From: the human T2T-CHM13v2.0 reference genome, Homo sapiens
Strand: one strand, 5' to 3'
Assembly: GCF_009914755.1 (NCBI RefSeq)
Contig: NC_060936.1
DNA length: 64,000 nt
The first letter of the stretch is position 1; the number at the start of each line of letters is the position of its first letter. The notes beneath the pieces were generated by a model. The model was given only the letters and a program-made list of their open reading frames with translations, did not search any database and was not told the DNA's origin. A program made the position numbers and the translations under genes. Of this stretch, positions 1-11,060 are shown piece by piece.

Positions 1-750
1 TACATGGAATACATATGTATACACATGTATATATATTATGCCATAATAATATAAGCACAATTCATTTTCTACTGACCTGAGGGTTGATAAACAGAGTAAT
101 TCTGTTTCTCTTTCCTGAAGTTTGTAAATTTATTATAAATTGGTTTGTAATGTTTTTGGGTGAGGTGGAATAATAGTATTAGTTATCAACAGTTCTCATG
201 AAAATTTGTGAGGTTGCCTCTCAGTGGAGACTAAATGATAATGCAAGTAGCAACATTAGTTGTATCGATGAACAGATTAAAAATGCAGCAATATAGGAAT
301 GCTAAAAGCTTTGATGTAACAAGAAGACATTTGGAAATGCCCTTACTCCTAGCCCTCGCTCCCTCTCTAACTTATTCTCTTTCATCTTCATTCGGTATCT
401 AGCTATGTGCTTGGTGGTAGCTAACAAAATTCTGATTATGTCATATAAGGATATGTATGGCTACAAGCACTCAAGAGGCACAAAGCTAAAGGAATGCCTT
501 TATCACGAATGATTTATGACTGATGAAGGAAAGATATTTGGGAACTAGAGAGAATATTGTTGTGTCACTTAAATTAAAACCCATATGTAATGTCTTATTT
601 TTCTATTTGCAGAGATAAACATATAGAACATTATACATGAGTAAATTAAAGGACTGTTACATAGATATTTAAATTATAATATTCATAATTGCTTTATTTT
701 TACTAATATATGTGTAATTTCTATTTATATATAATTTACCTTTTCATTAG

Positions 751-1008
751 AACCATCTAGGATTTGTGGCTTAATTTTGAAAGCTGTGAATATTTCTTCA
801 AATTTAATGTGGAATACAACAGAGATCAATTTCACCCATTATAAGATTTATATATCAAATAGAACATTTGCAAAAGACTGTCTTATTTGGGAAGTGGTGA
901 CTGAGCACACAGTTACAGATGTGACTCCTGGTGTAATATATAACATCATGGTACACAGAATAAGAGGCAACCTTGGAGGATGTGGCATGTTTACCAGGGT
1001 TGTTGCAG
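751..1008 (+). CDS. PTPRQ: Putative upstream FN3-domain exon (phase 1-1) of a longer or ancestral PTPRQ isoform; may be a decaying relic
   Basis: Acceptor ccttttcattAG|AA CCA; open frame xPSRICGLILKAVNISSNLMWNTTEINFTHYKIYISNRTFAKDCLIWEVVTEHTVTDVTPGVIYNIMVHRIRGNLGGCGMFTRVVA, with FN3 Trp, strand-C Tyr and V-T-P-G-x-x-Y-x-I-x-V tyrosine corner; weak donor CAG|gtgtgc; 258 nt. Confidence 0.6.
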
Positions 1009-1152
1009 GTGTGCAAATTCTCTTTGATATTTAAGAAATTCACATTTCTGTTATATATTGTATTGTTCAAGATAAAATTTCAATAGAATTTTTTGAAATT
1101 TGAAAACTTACAGTCTATAGACTATTTGAGAGGATGAAAATGCTCATTTTAG

Positions 1153-1501
<349 letters not shown>

Positions 1502-2272
1502 TAAATTGAATAAAACATTATTTGACACACAGTGATCAATAAATGAGGTTAATATTATATTCAGTTTCACACCGAATTAGAGATCTAGCCAGTGGAATTA
1601 TGTGGTATATTTGGGATCATCTATTCTCCTAAAAATGTGTTCTTTGTCTTTGACATCCTAATATGTGTTATACACATGAAAAAGCATAGTCTTATGATAT
1701 CCACAGCATAATAAAGAATACAAGTATGGAAACACATGTAGTATAAGTCAGTGCAACAGGCGAAGCAATGGAAGTATGTCCAAACTTATTGTAGTTGCAC
1801 AGAAGAGGGAAAGATTAGCCCTACAAACGCAATAGAGAAAGCTCTTTGGGGCTGGTAATGTCTGTAAAAGGATTAGGAATTTGCTAATCAGACTAGAGAG
1901 CATATGGAGTGTGTGAAAAGGAGGACTCCCAGAGGTAGGGAACAGCCCATGCAAAACTATGGAGGTGTAAATGAATATGCTGTATTTGTGGAACTATAAG
2001 CAATTCAATATTGAAATATTTTGTTGTTTTTTAATATATAAAGAGAATAAAATCCTATCCTGAGTAATTTAGAGAGTAATTTTTAAATCCAAAGGAAGCT
2101 GTGAAGCCTATGAATATTTTAAATTTTTCAAAAAAGAACAAGATTGCAAGAGTAACACATGAGAATTACTCTTAAGTGATCTTGAAAGCTATGGATTGGA
2201 CAACCGACCCGAAGGTCCCAGACATATGGTGGTAATTCAGGGTATGGGTAATTATTATTTGGCTGTCAACAC

Positions 2273-2865
2273 TTTCTTAGTTTCTTATTTTTACTGTAGC
2301 AAATTATCACAAGATAGTGGCTTAAAATAACTCAAATGTGTTATCTCATAGTTCTGTAGGTCATAAGTCCAACATACTTCTCTCTGGTTGAATCAAGGTT
2401 CTCGTAGGGCTGTGTTCCTTTTTGGAGATTCTAGGAGAGAATAAGTTCCTTGCTCATTCAAGTAGTTTGCAGAATTCAGTTCCTTGTGGTTGCAGAACTG
2501 AGGTCATTATTTCCATGGTGGCTGTCAGCTGACAGTTGTTTCCAGATTTTAGAGGATGGCTCATTCCTCGACTTGTGATCCTCTTCCTACACCCAATAAA
2601 GGAGGGTTGAGTGCCACTCGGGCTTCAAAGCTCCCCTTTCCCCCCATCATATATGACTCTTCTGACTTCCTCTTTTACTTTTATGGGCTGTTATGATTAG
2701 ATCGGGACTACCAGGATAATCCAGTTTTGATCTCTGTTTATAGTTTATAATCTTAATTCCATCTGCAAAGTGCCTTTTGCCATGTAACACAACATATTCA
2801 CCGTTCCAGGGTTTAGCATTTGGGCATCTTTTGTGGGGGTGGGCCTTACTTATACTGCTTAACAC
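2273..2865. mobile_element. MLT1-family (ERVL-MaLR) solo LTR
   Basis: Recognisable MLT1-like motifs (gtggcttaaaa...ctcatagttctgtagg; ccatgtaacacaacatattcac); boundaries approximate. Confidence 0.65.
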
Positions 2866-3104
2866 ATACACTATTATTCTCCTAAATGTGATATATATGT
2901 GATAATGCAAAACAAGGAATAAATTTAGAATTCATATACCAGCTTTACTCCAGGATTTGACACTGGTTAGCTGAGTACTACTGGGCAAGTTACCTGATGT
3001 CTTTGGGTATCAAGTTTCTGAGAAATTTAAATTAGATGACCTCTGAGATTCCTTTTGACTCATACACATTCTCCTAACACTTTGCACATTTTTGTTCTAT
3101 TTCT

Positions 3105-3293
3105 ACAGATAATCTATGACTTACAATGCCACAATTTTTCTACTTTACAATGATGCAGAAGCAATATGCGTTCGGTACACTCCTCAACTTACATTGGGGT
3201 TACATCTGATAAACCCAGCATAGGTGGAAAATGTCACATCAATTATGATGGGTTATCAGGATATAACCCCATTGTAAGTTGAGGAGTATCTGT
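3105..3293. mobile_element. Tigger3/MER7-like MITE fragment with ~40-bp inverted repeats
   Basis: ctcctcaacttacattggggttacatctgataaaccc (~3180-3216) pairs with gggttatcaggatataaccccattgtaagttgaggag (~3250-3287). Confidence 0.65.
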
Positions 3294-3447
3294 GTATATT
3301 AATAGATACTATATACCTTATCTACTTCTAAAAAGCAAATGTGTTAAATCATGTGTCAAATGTCTTTTACTACAGAGTATTATGATAGGTAATGTATACA
3401 ATCGAACACACTAAAATGGGACCCATTCTAGAGGTTTTAGTCTGTGG

Positions 3448-3650
3448 CAGCGTTTCTCAGCCTCACCACTATTGATATTTTGGGCTGAGAGATTCTCCTT
3501 TGTGAGGATGTGTCTTGTTAATTGCAGGATGTTTAGCAGCATCCCTGGCCTCTACTCACCAGATGCTAGTAGGATCTTTCCAATTGAGCCAATCAAAATT
3601 TTTGTTAGAAAATTGCTGCAAGTCCCCTATGTGGCAAATCACAACTAGTG
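3448..3650. mobile_element. MER20 (hAT-Charlie)
   Basis: tttctcagcctcaccactattgatattttgggctg...tgcaggatgtttagcagcatccctggcctctac core. Confidence 0.75.
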
Positions 3651-4284
3651 GTAAATGCAGATATATTTAGTTAGATACAAAGATCAAATAGATCATTGAG
3701 CAAAGACTGAAGAAAAAATATGAAAAATTATTTTGTTTATACATAGGTAAAGGAAAGAGTGCAGTTAGTGTGAGTGGCAGGATTTGCTCCCTTAGAGAAA
3801 ATTTTGTCAGAGGAAAAAGTGACCAAGGTGGTATCAATATCAGGAAAGTTTCATAAAAGATACAGAATGTTTGTTTTCATTTTACTTAAAGAAAAGAGAG
3901 CTTTATAAAATAGTAGGAACTTGATGTTCTGGTCGCCTAGTGTGGTTTAGGTGATGGTTTTGAGAGATTGCAGGTAAGTAATTGAAGTCCCTGTTAAAAC
4001 AGCACAGTGACTTAAGAGATGAGTATAAGAAGAGGAAATGGGAAAAGATGGTAATCTGGGTTCCCTGGTGGAGGTCTCCAGAGCAGGAAGACATCTTGCT
4101 GTCCTAGTTTTTATAAACAGAAGAGCAGTGATGATGGAGCAGTGCTTGGGGATCCATTTTGAGCAAAGCATTGAGTGGATATGAGGAGGGGGCTAAGCTG
4201 AGAAATGAAGAACAGGTAACATGATGGTTTGACTAAGAGATGACCAGGGCTTTTAGAGAAAAATAGTAGAAATAGCAAGAGACT

Positions 4285-4510
4285 ATTAATCATAGCTTAC
4301 ATTTAGTACTTAGTTCTTACTATGTTCAAGGCAGTCTTCTAAGCACTTCACATGTATTAACTTATTTTATTTTCACAACAATGTGTGAGGTGTTATTATA
4401 CCCATAGAGATGAGGCTGGTGAGGTATGGAGATATTAAGTATTTTGCTTAAAGTCTTGTTTATATGGCAGAGTCAGGATTTGAACCCAGCAATCCAACTC
4501 TAGGGCCTGT
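4285..4510 (-). mobile_element. MIR SINE
   Basis: ctaagcacttcacatgtattaac...ggcagagtcaggatttgaacccag. Confidence 0.65.
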
Positions 4511-4869
4511 GCCCAGTGTCTGTATTAAAAATTGATTTTTACGCCCTGGTGACATCCGATATAATGCTGACTTTTTAGAGGATGTTTATTTTATTTATAA
4601 TTTATTCATAGCCTATTTCTAAAATATGAGGAAGCTACAGGCACTTGATAAGTATACATTGCCCTGGTATGGGACATATTTAGACTGAATCCCTTAAGCC
4701 AAAATTAGAGGTCACTTCAAATAATAATCATAGGCTTGAAAGAAAAATTATAGATCATCTAATTTTGTGGTTGAATCTATTTTAAAGTATTAATTAATTC
4801 ATTTAGGATTTTTAAACCAGCTGTTATTTGTAAGCCACTTTGTGAAAGTTAGAGGAGCACACAGTTATC

Positions 4870-5085
4870 ATAGTGATTGAAAACTTGAAGACTTTGCCTC
4901 TGGGTCTAAATCCTGGCTCTACCATTTACCCATTAGCTATGGGACCTGTTGGAATTACTTAAATTCTTTGTTCCTCACTTTTAAATGTCAATAATAGTAT
5001 TCCTGGTGTTGTTGCAAGTGTTACATAAAACAATATATGAAAGTGCTTAGCACAGTGCATAGTGTGTCATAAACTTAGTAGGAGT
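4870..5085 (+). mobile_element. MIR SINE
   Basis: aaatcctggctctacc...aaagtgcttagcacagtg. Confidence 0.6.
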
Positions 5086-5519
5086 TAGTTCTTTTTATTT
5101 TGTAAGTCTGCTGCTTGTACATCTCATTATCTGTCATAGAATACATTATGTCCGATCTATAATTTAATCACAGAAAAATTAAAATGTGAGATTTAAAACT
5201 TATCAGATACAGTGTTAGTGCAGAGAAAATATAAAGTTAACAATGATGATGAAACTTTTAAAGTCTTAGCATTTTATTTTAAAATATCTGCCCATTGTAG
5301 TCTTTTGCTTTCTTGATACCATTTTGATAGGTCTGACTCTTTTTTAATGTTCTGAGATATGTAAGATTTTGTATATATTGGATGTCTTCCCAACTCTGTT
5401 GAGCTGTTTCCTTTATAGACAAAGACCATGGGATCTTATTTCTCAGCTTCTCAAAATAAAATTTAGGTAAATTCACTGAAATGCCAAGGAAAAACTTAAG
5501 AGATGCTGTAGTAGTTAAA

Positions 5520-5832
5520 GCTGTACTGTCCAATATGTAGTGTTTGGCAGCATGTGGCTATTTAATCTTGGAATATGGCCAGTCCAAATTCAGAGGTACT
5601 GTAAATTTAAAATGTATGTGAAATTTCAAAGAGTTAGTATGAAAAAAATTAATGTAACCACTTCAATAATTTTATAGTAATTATATGTGAAATAATGCTT
5701 TTGATATATTGGGTTAAATAAAATACATTATTAAAATTATCTTACATGTTTCTGTTTACTTTTTAAATGTGGCTACTAGAAAATTCAAAACTGCATGTGT
5801 GGCTCACGTTATAGTTTTATTGGACATTGATG
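5520..5832. mobile_element. MER33/MER3-like hAT element
   Basis: Terminal inverted ctgtccaata...tattggaca and internal atgtggcta motifs. Confidence 0.6.
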
Positions 5833-8377
5833 GTTTAGAGAATCACAAGATATATTAGGATATCTGAGGCTTTAAAATACACTGCAATAAAGAAAGCTGC
5901 TTAACTTAAAAAGAACTTATTTGACAAAGTGGTTTGATTACAGAACATCTATTAAGCTCTAATGATATAAGGTTCTGAGGATTAATTTTTAGGAAATTAA
6001 AGTCTGGAAGAAACACGTAAATAAACCTAGAATTCCTTTTGCTTGCCCTAATTAAGTTGAATATGAAATGTTTTTTTTTCCTCTTAAAACTCCAAACATT
6101 TCAACTTCCCAATGTTATTTTTATTGGTTAGTAAGAATTAGGTTGAGAATAGTATTTTTGTTTTTTGGTTTCCTATTTTTTGAGAGATTAAATTCCATGG
6201 AGAATAAATTATATATTTATTATGGAGTCTATTTTCAGTTAGTTGAACCTTCTAGCTCTTAACCAGAAAGCTGCACTCTTTCATAATGATTTAAGCATTG
6301 CTGTAGATCCTCTACCTTTTTCTGAGTGCAAGCTTTCCTCCTCTCGGCCTAGACTACCATGATTTCCTACTAATTAGCTTCCTGCTGCCATTTTTGCCTT
6401 GCTCTAATTTATATCCCATATTTCAAAATTATATTTTTAAACAAAAAACAAGCCCTGTTGCTTTCCTGCTTAAAATTCTTCAGTGGCTTCCCATTGAATT
6501 TAGGTAAAAAACCCTAAAATCTCTAGTATGACCTACATGATCATCAGTCTGTTCCCCTTTCTTTTTTGATCCCAGAATCTCAGTCTGGCTTTCCTCAGTT
6601 ACTCCAATCCTTTTTCATTTCCAGGACTTCCATACACTTTGCTATTTGGAAAGGCCTTTACCAAACTCTTGTGAAGATTCCAGGCCTTCCCTCTTGATCA
6701 GATTGGCAATTGTCCAGACCAATATATTTTTCTTTGTCTTGGTGAGACATAGTTCATTCCTAAGCAAGGGTTCTTCAGTCCAGGAAACCACATCCCATTT
6801 CACTGCCATCCCAGTAACTAGTGCTTCACTTCTCACATCTTCCTTTTTCTTCCAAAGTCTTATTCCATATCTTCATTAGTTTCTTGTCTAAGACTTCATA
6901 GATTCTAGTTACTCTCTGGGGTCCCTGAAGCAATAGTATTAACCCTCACACAAATCAGTAAATGTGAGTAGTAGTTGGTTAGACGGATCAGTCATGGTAG
7001 ATTTTTGTGTATTTTAATGTAGCAGATAGGAGATTCAAGCTTTTTTTCTCTCAAGCTTGAGAATACAGAGGGCATAGGTCTGGCTTACCTTGTAAAAAAT
7101 GCCAGCAGCTAACAATGAAATTCTACCCAACACAGGCTGGGTATTTCTCTGATTTTTTGCCTTGGGTTTACAGTATTCCTAGAGTTACCAGAAAACTATA
7201 GTGGACAATTAGCGGTGGATGCCAAGAGAATGCTTGGAACTTTGAGAATGTTGGGGTGGACATTAATCAATTGATATAAGCTTTGGGTATGGAGGACAAC
7301 GTTATGTTATAATCATTAGAAGAAATTTCAAAGGCGATAAAGAAAAACTATTTCAGAAACGCTCTTCCCTGAAACACCAAGAAAGTGACCTATTATGTTA
7401 ATATTTTTGTTATATGCAATGTGCCCTGTTAGTTTTGTTAGAAAATGTACATTTTATTATATCCATTTTCAAATCGTTTCTGGTAGTGGGGTTTTAAAAT
7501 GATAAATGAGGTTCAAAATTAATTCCAGCCTCCTTTCTTTTAGAAACAGTGTTAGATTGAATCTGCATCAGGCGTGTTTTCACATGCTTGGCTTCATAAT
7601 CTCTCTTCCTCCCCCTATATTGTTTGCCTGGAATCTGCACTAAAGATAAGGCAGAGTGCAAACCTGACTCATTGGCAACCAATCAGAAGAACTTTATGTG
7701 GAAAACTCCCTTCGAGGAGGTACAGGCAGCATGAACAAAATTTTTGAAAAAGTGGAAGCAAAGGTAGAAAAATATGGTTGAAATGGCTAAAACAATTGGT
7801 ACTTGTTTTAAAACTATATTTCATTTCTGATATGAAACCTTATCTTTTCTTTTAAAGAAACACCTAACAAAATATTTATCAGATCAGCACCACAGTAAAG
7901 GGAAAAAGACATTAAAAATTAAAAAAGATAAAATAACAAATATTTATCAGAAATGCTCACCCTTCAAAAAATCTGGAAGATTTTGATTATATATTTTTCC
8001 AATTATCTTCTGTTTGGTAAATTTCCAAGTAATTGGATAAATAGTTTATATTTACTTTGTTTTAAAATGACTCAAATTTTCAATTAGAGCATAAGCTTTC
8101 AAAAACAATCTGGTCAACTAGCAGACTTTTAGCAAATAAGACATATTTCAGAAACAGAAAATTAATTGTTATATTATTTATGATAGTTATACCTAAAACC
8201 TAGGTGTTGTTAAATATTTACATGTTTAACACCCAAGTATACTTAGAGATCATTTATTGTACTCAGTGATTTCTAACAACATGATTATTTTGGAACTTGA
8301 ACCTATACTATTTGTTTTCATTTTTTTGAAACTTTAGGAGAATAACTTTATTTTAAACCTCTATTTTTCAATATCAG

Positions 8378-8538
8378 AACCAGAACAACCTGAGAAACTT
8401 AGAGCCTTCAATATTTCCACACATTCCTTTTCTCTGCACTGGAGCCTACCCTCTGGTCATGTGGAAAGGTATCAAGTGGATCTTGTTCCTGACAGTGGCT
8501 TTGTTACTATCAGAGATCTTGGAGGTGGAGAATATCAG
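8378..8538 (+). CDS. PTPRQ: Alternative upstream PTPRQ exon (phase 1-0) encoding the N-terminal half of an FN3 domain completed by exon 2
   Basis: Acceptor ctatttttcaatatcAG|AA CCA; xPEQPEKLRAFNISTHSFSLHWSLPSGHVERYQVDLVPDSGFVTIRDLGGGEYQ; donor CAG|gtatag; 161 nt; phase 0 end matches the exon 2 start. Confidence 0.8.
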
Positions 8539-8749
8539 GTATAGTTTTCATTATTGTACTTGCCGAGCCTACTTGTATTTATATTTTGCTCCTAATAGGA
8601 AAGTTCTTTATTTTATGAAACCCATCTACCACAAAAACTTACTCCTTGTTGGGTTTTTGAAAGCATAAGTTGAAGACAAAAACGTTGATGTCAAACTGAT
8701 GAGTGTTAAGTTTCAGCATTGGTGGACTGTTACCTTAGCAACATCTATG

Positions 8750-8753
<4 letters not shown>

Positions 8754-8777
<24 letters not shown>
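8754..8777 (+). repeat. T24 homopolymer followed by AAG
   Basis: Direct reading. Confidence 0.9.
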
Positions 8778-8782
<5 letters not shown>

Positions 8783-8862
8783 CACCCTGAACCTACAGCC
8801 AGTCATCCAAGGGTTCATGAATAGTTTAACAAAGAAAAGGCAGAGCTATTGAGTAATACGGG

Positions 8863-8972
8863 CTCATTAATTGTGTACTTGCCAGAAGGATCTGTCTTTA
8901 AATCATTAATGCAGGCAACATTTCTCTCTAGAGCCATCAATGTGATTCTACTGGCTGAAAAATGTAATAAAG
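8863..8972 (+). promoter_or_regulatory. PTPRQ: Proximal promoter/5'UTR of the signal-peptide exon with POU/homeodomain-like sites
   Basis: Immediately 5' of ATG 8973; CTCATTAATTGTGTA (8863-8877) and TCATTAATGCA (8903-8913); no CpG island. Confidence 0.4.
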
Positions 8973-9026
8973 ATGGATTTTCTTATCATTTTTCTTTTAC
9001 TTTTTATTGGGACTTCAGAGACACAG
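8973..9026 (+). CDS. PTPRQ: PTPRQ coding exon 1, signal peptide MDFLIIFLLLFIGTSETQ
   Basis: AAGATGG good Kozak context; hydrophobic core; donor CAG|gtattt; 54 nt, phase 0. Confidence 0.95.
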
Positions 9027-9367
9027 GTATTTCGTATACACTCTTTAAAAACAAGGGCTAAGTCATGGGCTGTAGATTTCTCAAGACTTGAATAGTTGTT
9101 CCTTGTGACAGTGAACTAGGATAGATAGAAATGCTGACTTAGGCTGTGATAACGCAGTACGTTTTGTAAGTTTTTATTTTAAAGTCATTTGGTAAAAAGT
9201 TATATAACATATTTGTATCTTACAATAATATGGAACTTATTGTGATGTTATAAACAGTGCAGAGTTATATAGTGAAGAGTTAATTTTTGTTATAGTGATA
9301 GATTTATTTTAGCTTGCTTGCTTTCCAGAAAGAATTTTAATGCAACTATTTGTTTGTGGTGTTCTAG

Positions 9368-9476
9368 GTTGATGTTTCCAATGTCGTTCCTGGTACTAGG
9401 TACGATATAACCATCTCTTCAATTTCTACAACATACACCTCACCTGTTACTAGAATAGTGACAACAAATGTAACAA
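9368..9476 (+). CDS. PTPRQ: PTPRQ exon 2 (VDVSNVVPGTRYDITISS...TTNVT), C-terminal half of an FN3 domain
   Basis: ttctAG| ... |gtgagt; 109 nt, phase 0-1. Confidence 0.95.
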
Positions 9477-10117
9477 GTGAGTATATGTTTTAAATTACTT
9501 TGTAAGTAAAGTATTTGGAGTCAGTATAATTCTACTGGATGGAAATACTTATACTGGCAACATGTACATTAAATTCATGAAAACAGTGTAGAATAAGGCA
9601 AAATGGAAACAAGAAAGTGATCTGCTTAGAACCTGCATTCTGCTGTTTCTTCAGCTTCCTTTACTTTCAAAGTGCAAAGATAATTACTCTATACTTGTTT
9701 GTGAAATAGATCAGAGAGACTGTTAATGCTAACATTTAAATAATACAGAACCATGAAAATGAACTGGCTACATTTGCTCAGGAAGGATTATTCCATTTGT
9801 AAGATTATTTCTTGTTTTCTTAGTTTTTCTGTGTAAGCCTTGCGTAAGTGAATTTCTTTTAAAAATGATTTGGCAACAAAAGTATATTCGGCATGTAGTA
9901 TTTATTTAGTAGCATTCCATTTTTCACATTCTTATAAAGGAATGCTTTTGGTATTCCACATAGTATTTTTTTAATAGTAACAGAGCTGTAGGGAGTGTGA
10001 ACTCATATTGCTCTTTGGAAATTTCAAATTTTACATTTATAAATACTGTTATTATGTATTTTTGTGAAAATGCAATAATTATTTGACCTTTTAACAAAAT
10101 GGATTTTTTAAAAATAG

Positions 10118-10344
10118 AACCAGGGCCTCCAGTCTTCCTAGCCGGGGAAAGAGTCGGATCTGCTGGGATTCTTCTGTCTTGGAATACACCACCTAATCCA
10201 AATGGAAGGATTATATCTTACATTGTCAAATATAAGGAAGTTTGTCCGTGGATGCAAACAGTATATACACAAGTCAGATCAAAGCCAGACAGTCTGGAAG
10301 TTCTTCTTACTAATCTTAATCCTGGAACAACATATGAAATTAAG
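10118..10344 (+). CDS. PTPRQ: PTPRQ exon 3 ([11 protein letters not shown]...[10 protein letters not shown]), FN3
   Basis: atAG| ... |gtaatt; 227 nt, phase 1-0. Confidence 0.96.
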
Positions 10345-11060
10345 GTAATTATTTTGTGTATGACTACTTAGTGTTCAAACATTTCATTCATTTTAAAAGT
10401 GTGGGAGGTTTTTCTCACCTTGTCAAGCCTTTACAGCTGAATACAGTCAGTGACTGACAACGTTCACAGTCATGGCCTCACACCCACCTGAGATTTTAAA
10501 ACTTGGTAAAATGTTATTGTGTCTTTTCATTTCAATTTTATGCATATTTATATATTACCTATTTCATTTTTTCTATGAATATTTTTGCATATATTTATAT
10601 ACATGTATGAATATAATACAATACTCTAGGAAATAAAAATTATGTAAAGTTAAAGAAGGAAAACTTAAATGCAAACAAGAGGCCAGGGTAGTTTGAATGC
10701 AGGTATGTAAACCACAGGATGTTACACAGTTATTAAAAATTGACTTGCAAACTTTATTCTCCAAATTCCTAGAAACCACAGTAAAAAGGGCAATAAATCT
10801 GTTATACAATTTACGTATGAAAATTGTATAATAATTGCATATGGGAGCTCAAGTTTTTTTTTTTTTTGGTGCTTTAGACTGGAAAGAAAGTCTTCGTTGA
10901 AGGATTAATAGCTGCAGGACTGGATTTTGTAAACTTCTTTCCATAACAGTAAAATAATAAAAGTATACTTAGTAAAAATAATTTTGCCAGGTTTTGAGAT
11001 ATTGTGGTCTAAGAACATGGCCTTGTTCTGTATATAAAATTTAGACTCCAATGAAATGTC

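Noticed and set aside
613-640. Possible 28-nt micro-exon (tttgcAG...gtaaat)
   Set aside because: Stop codons in every frame.
2163-2241. ELLLSDLES...VVIQ frame ending at a gtatgg donor
   Set aside because: Preceded by an in-frame TGA, no good acceptor, only superficial FN3 resemblance.
3892-3979. Perfect donor CAG|GTAAGT at 3973 with an upstream AG
   Set aside because: Stops in all three frames and no FN3 motif; not supportable as a coding exon.
10099-10117. In-frame ATG giving MDFLKIEP before exon 3, resembling the true start MDFLII
   Set aside because: Lies within the acceptor region, has no signal peptide, and the match is short and AT-rich; likely coincidence.
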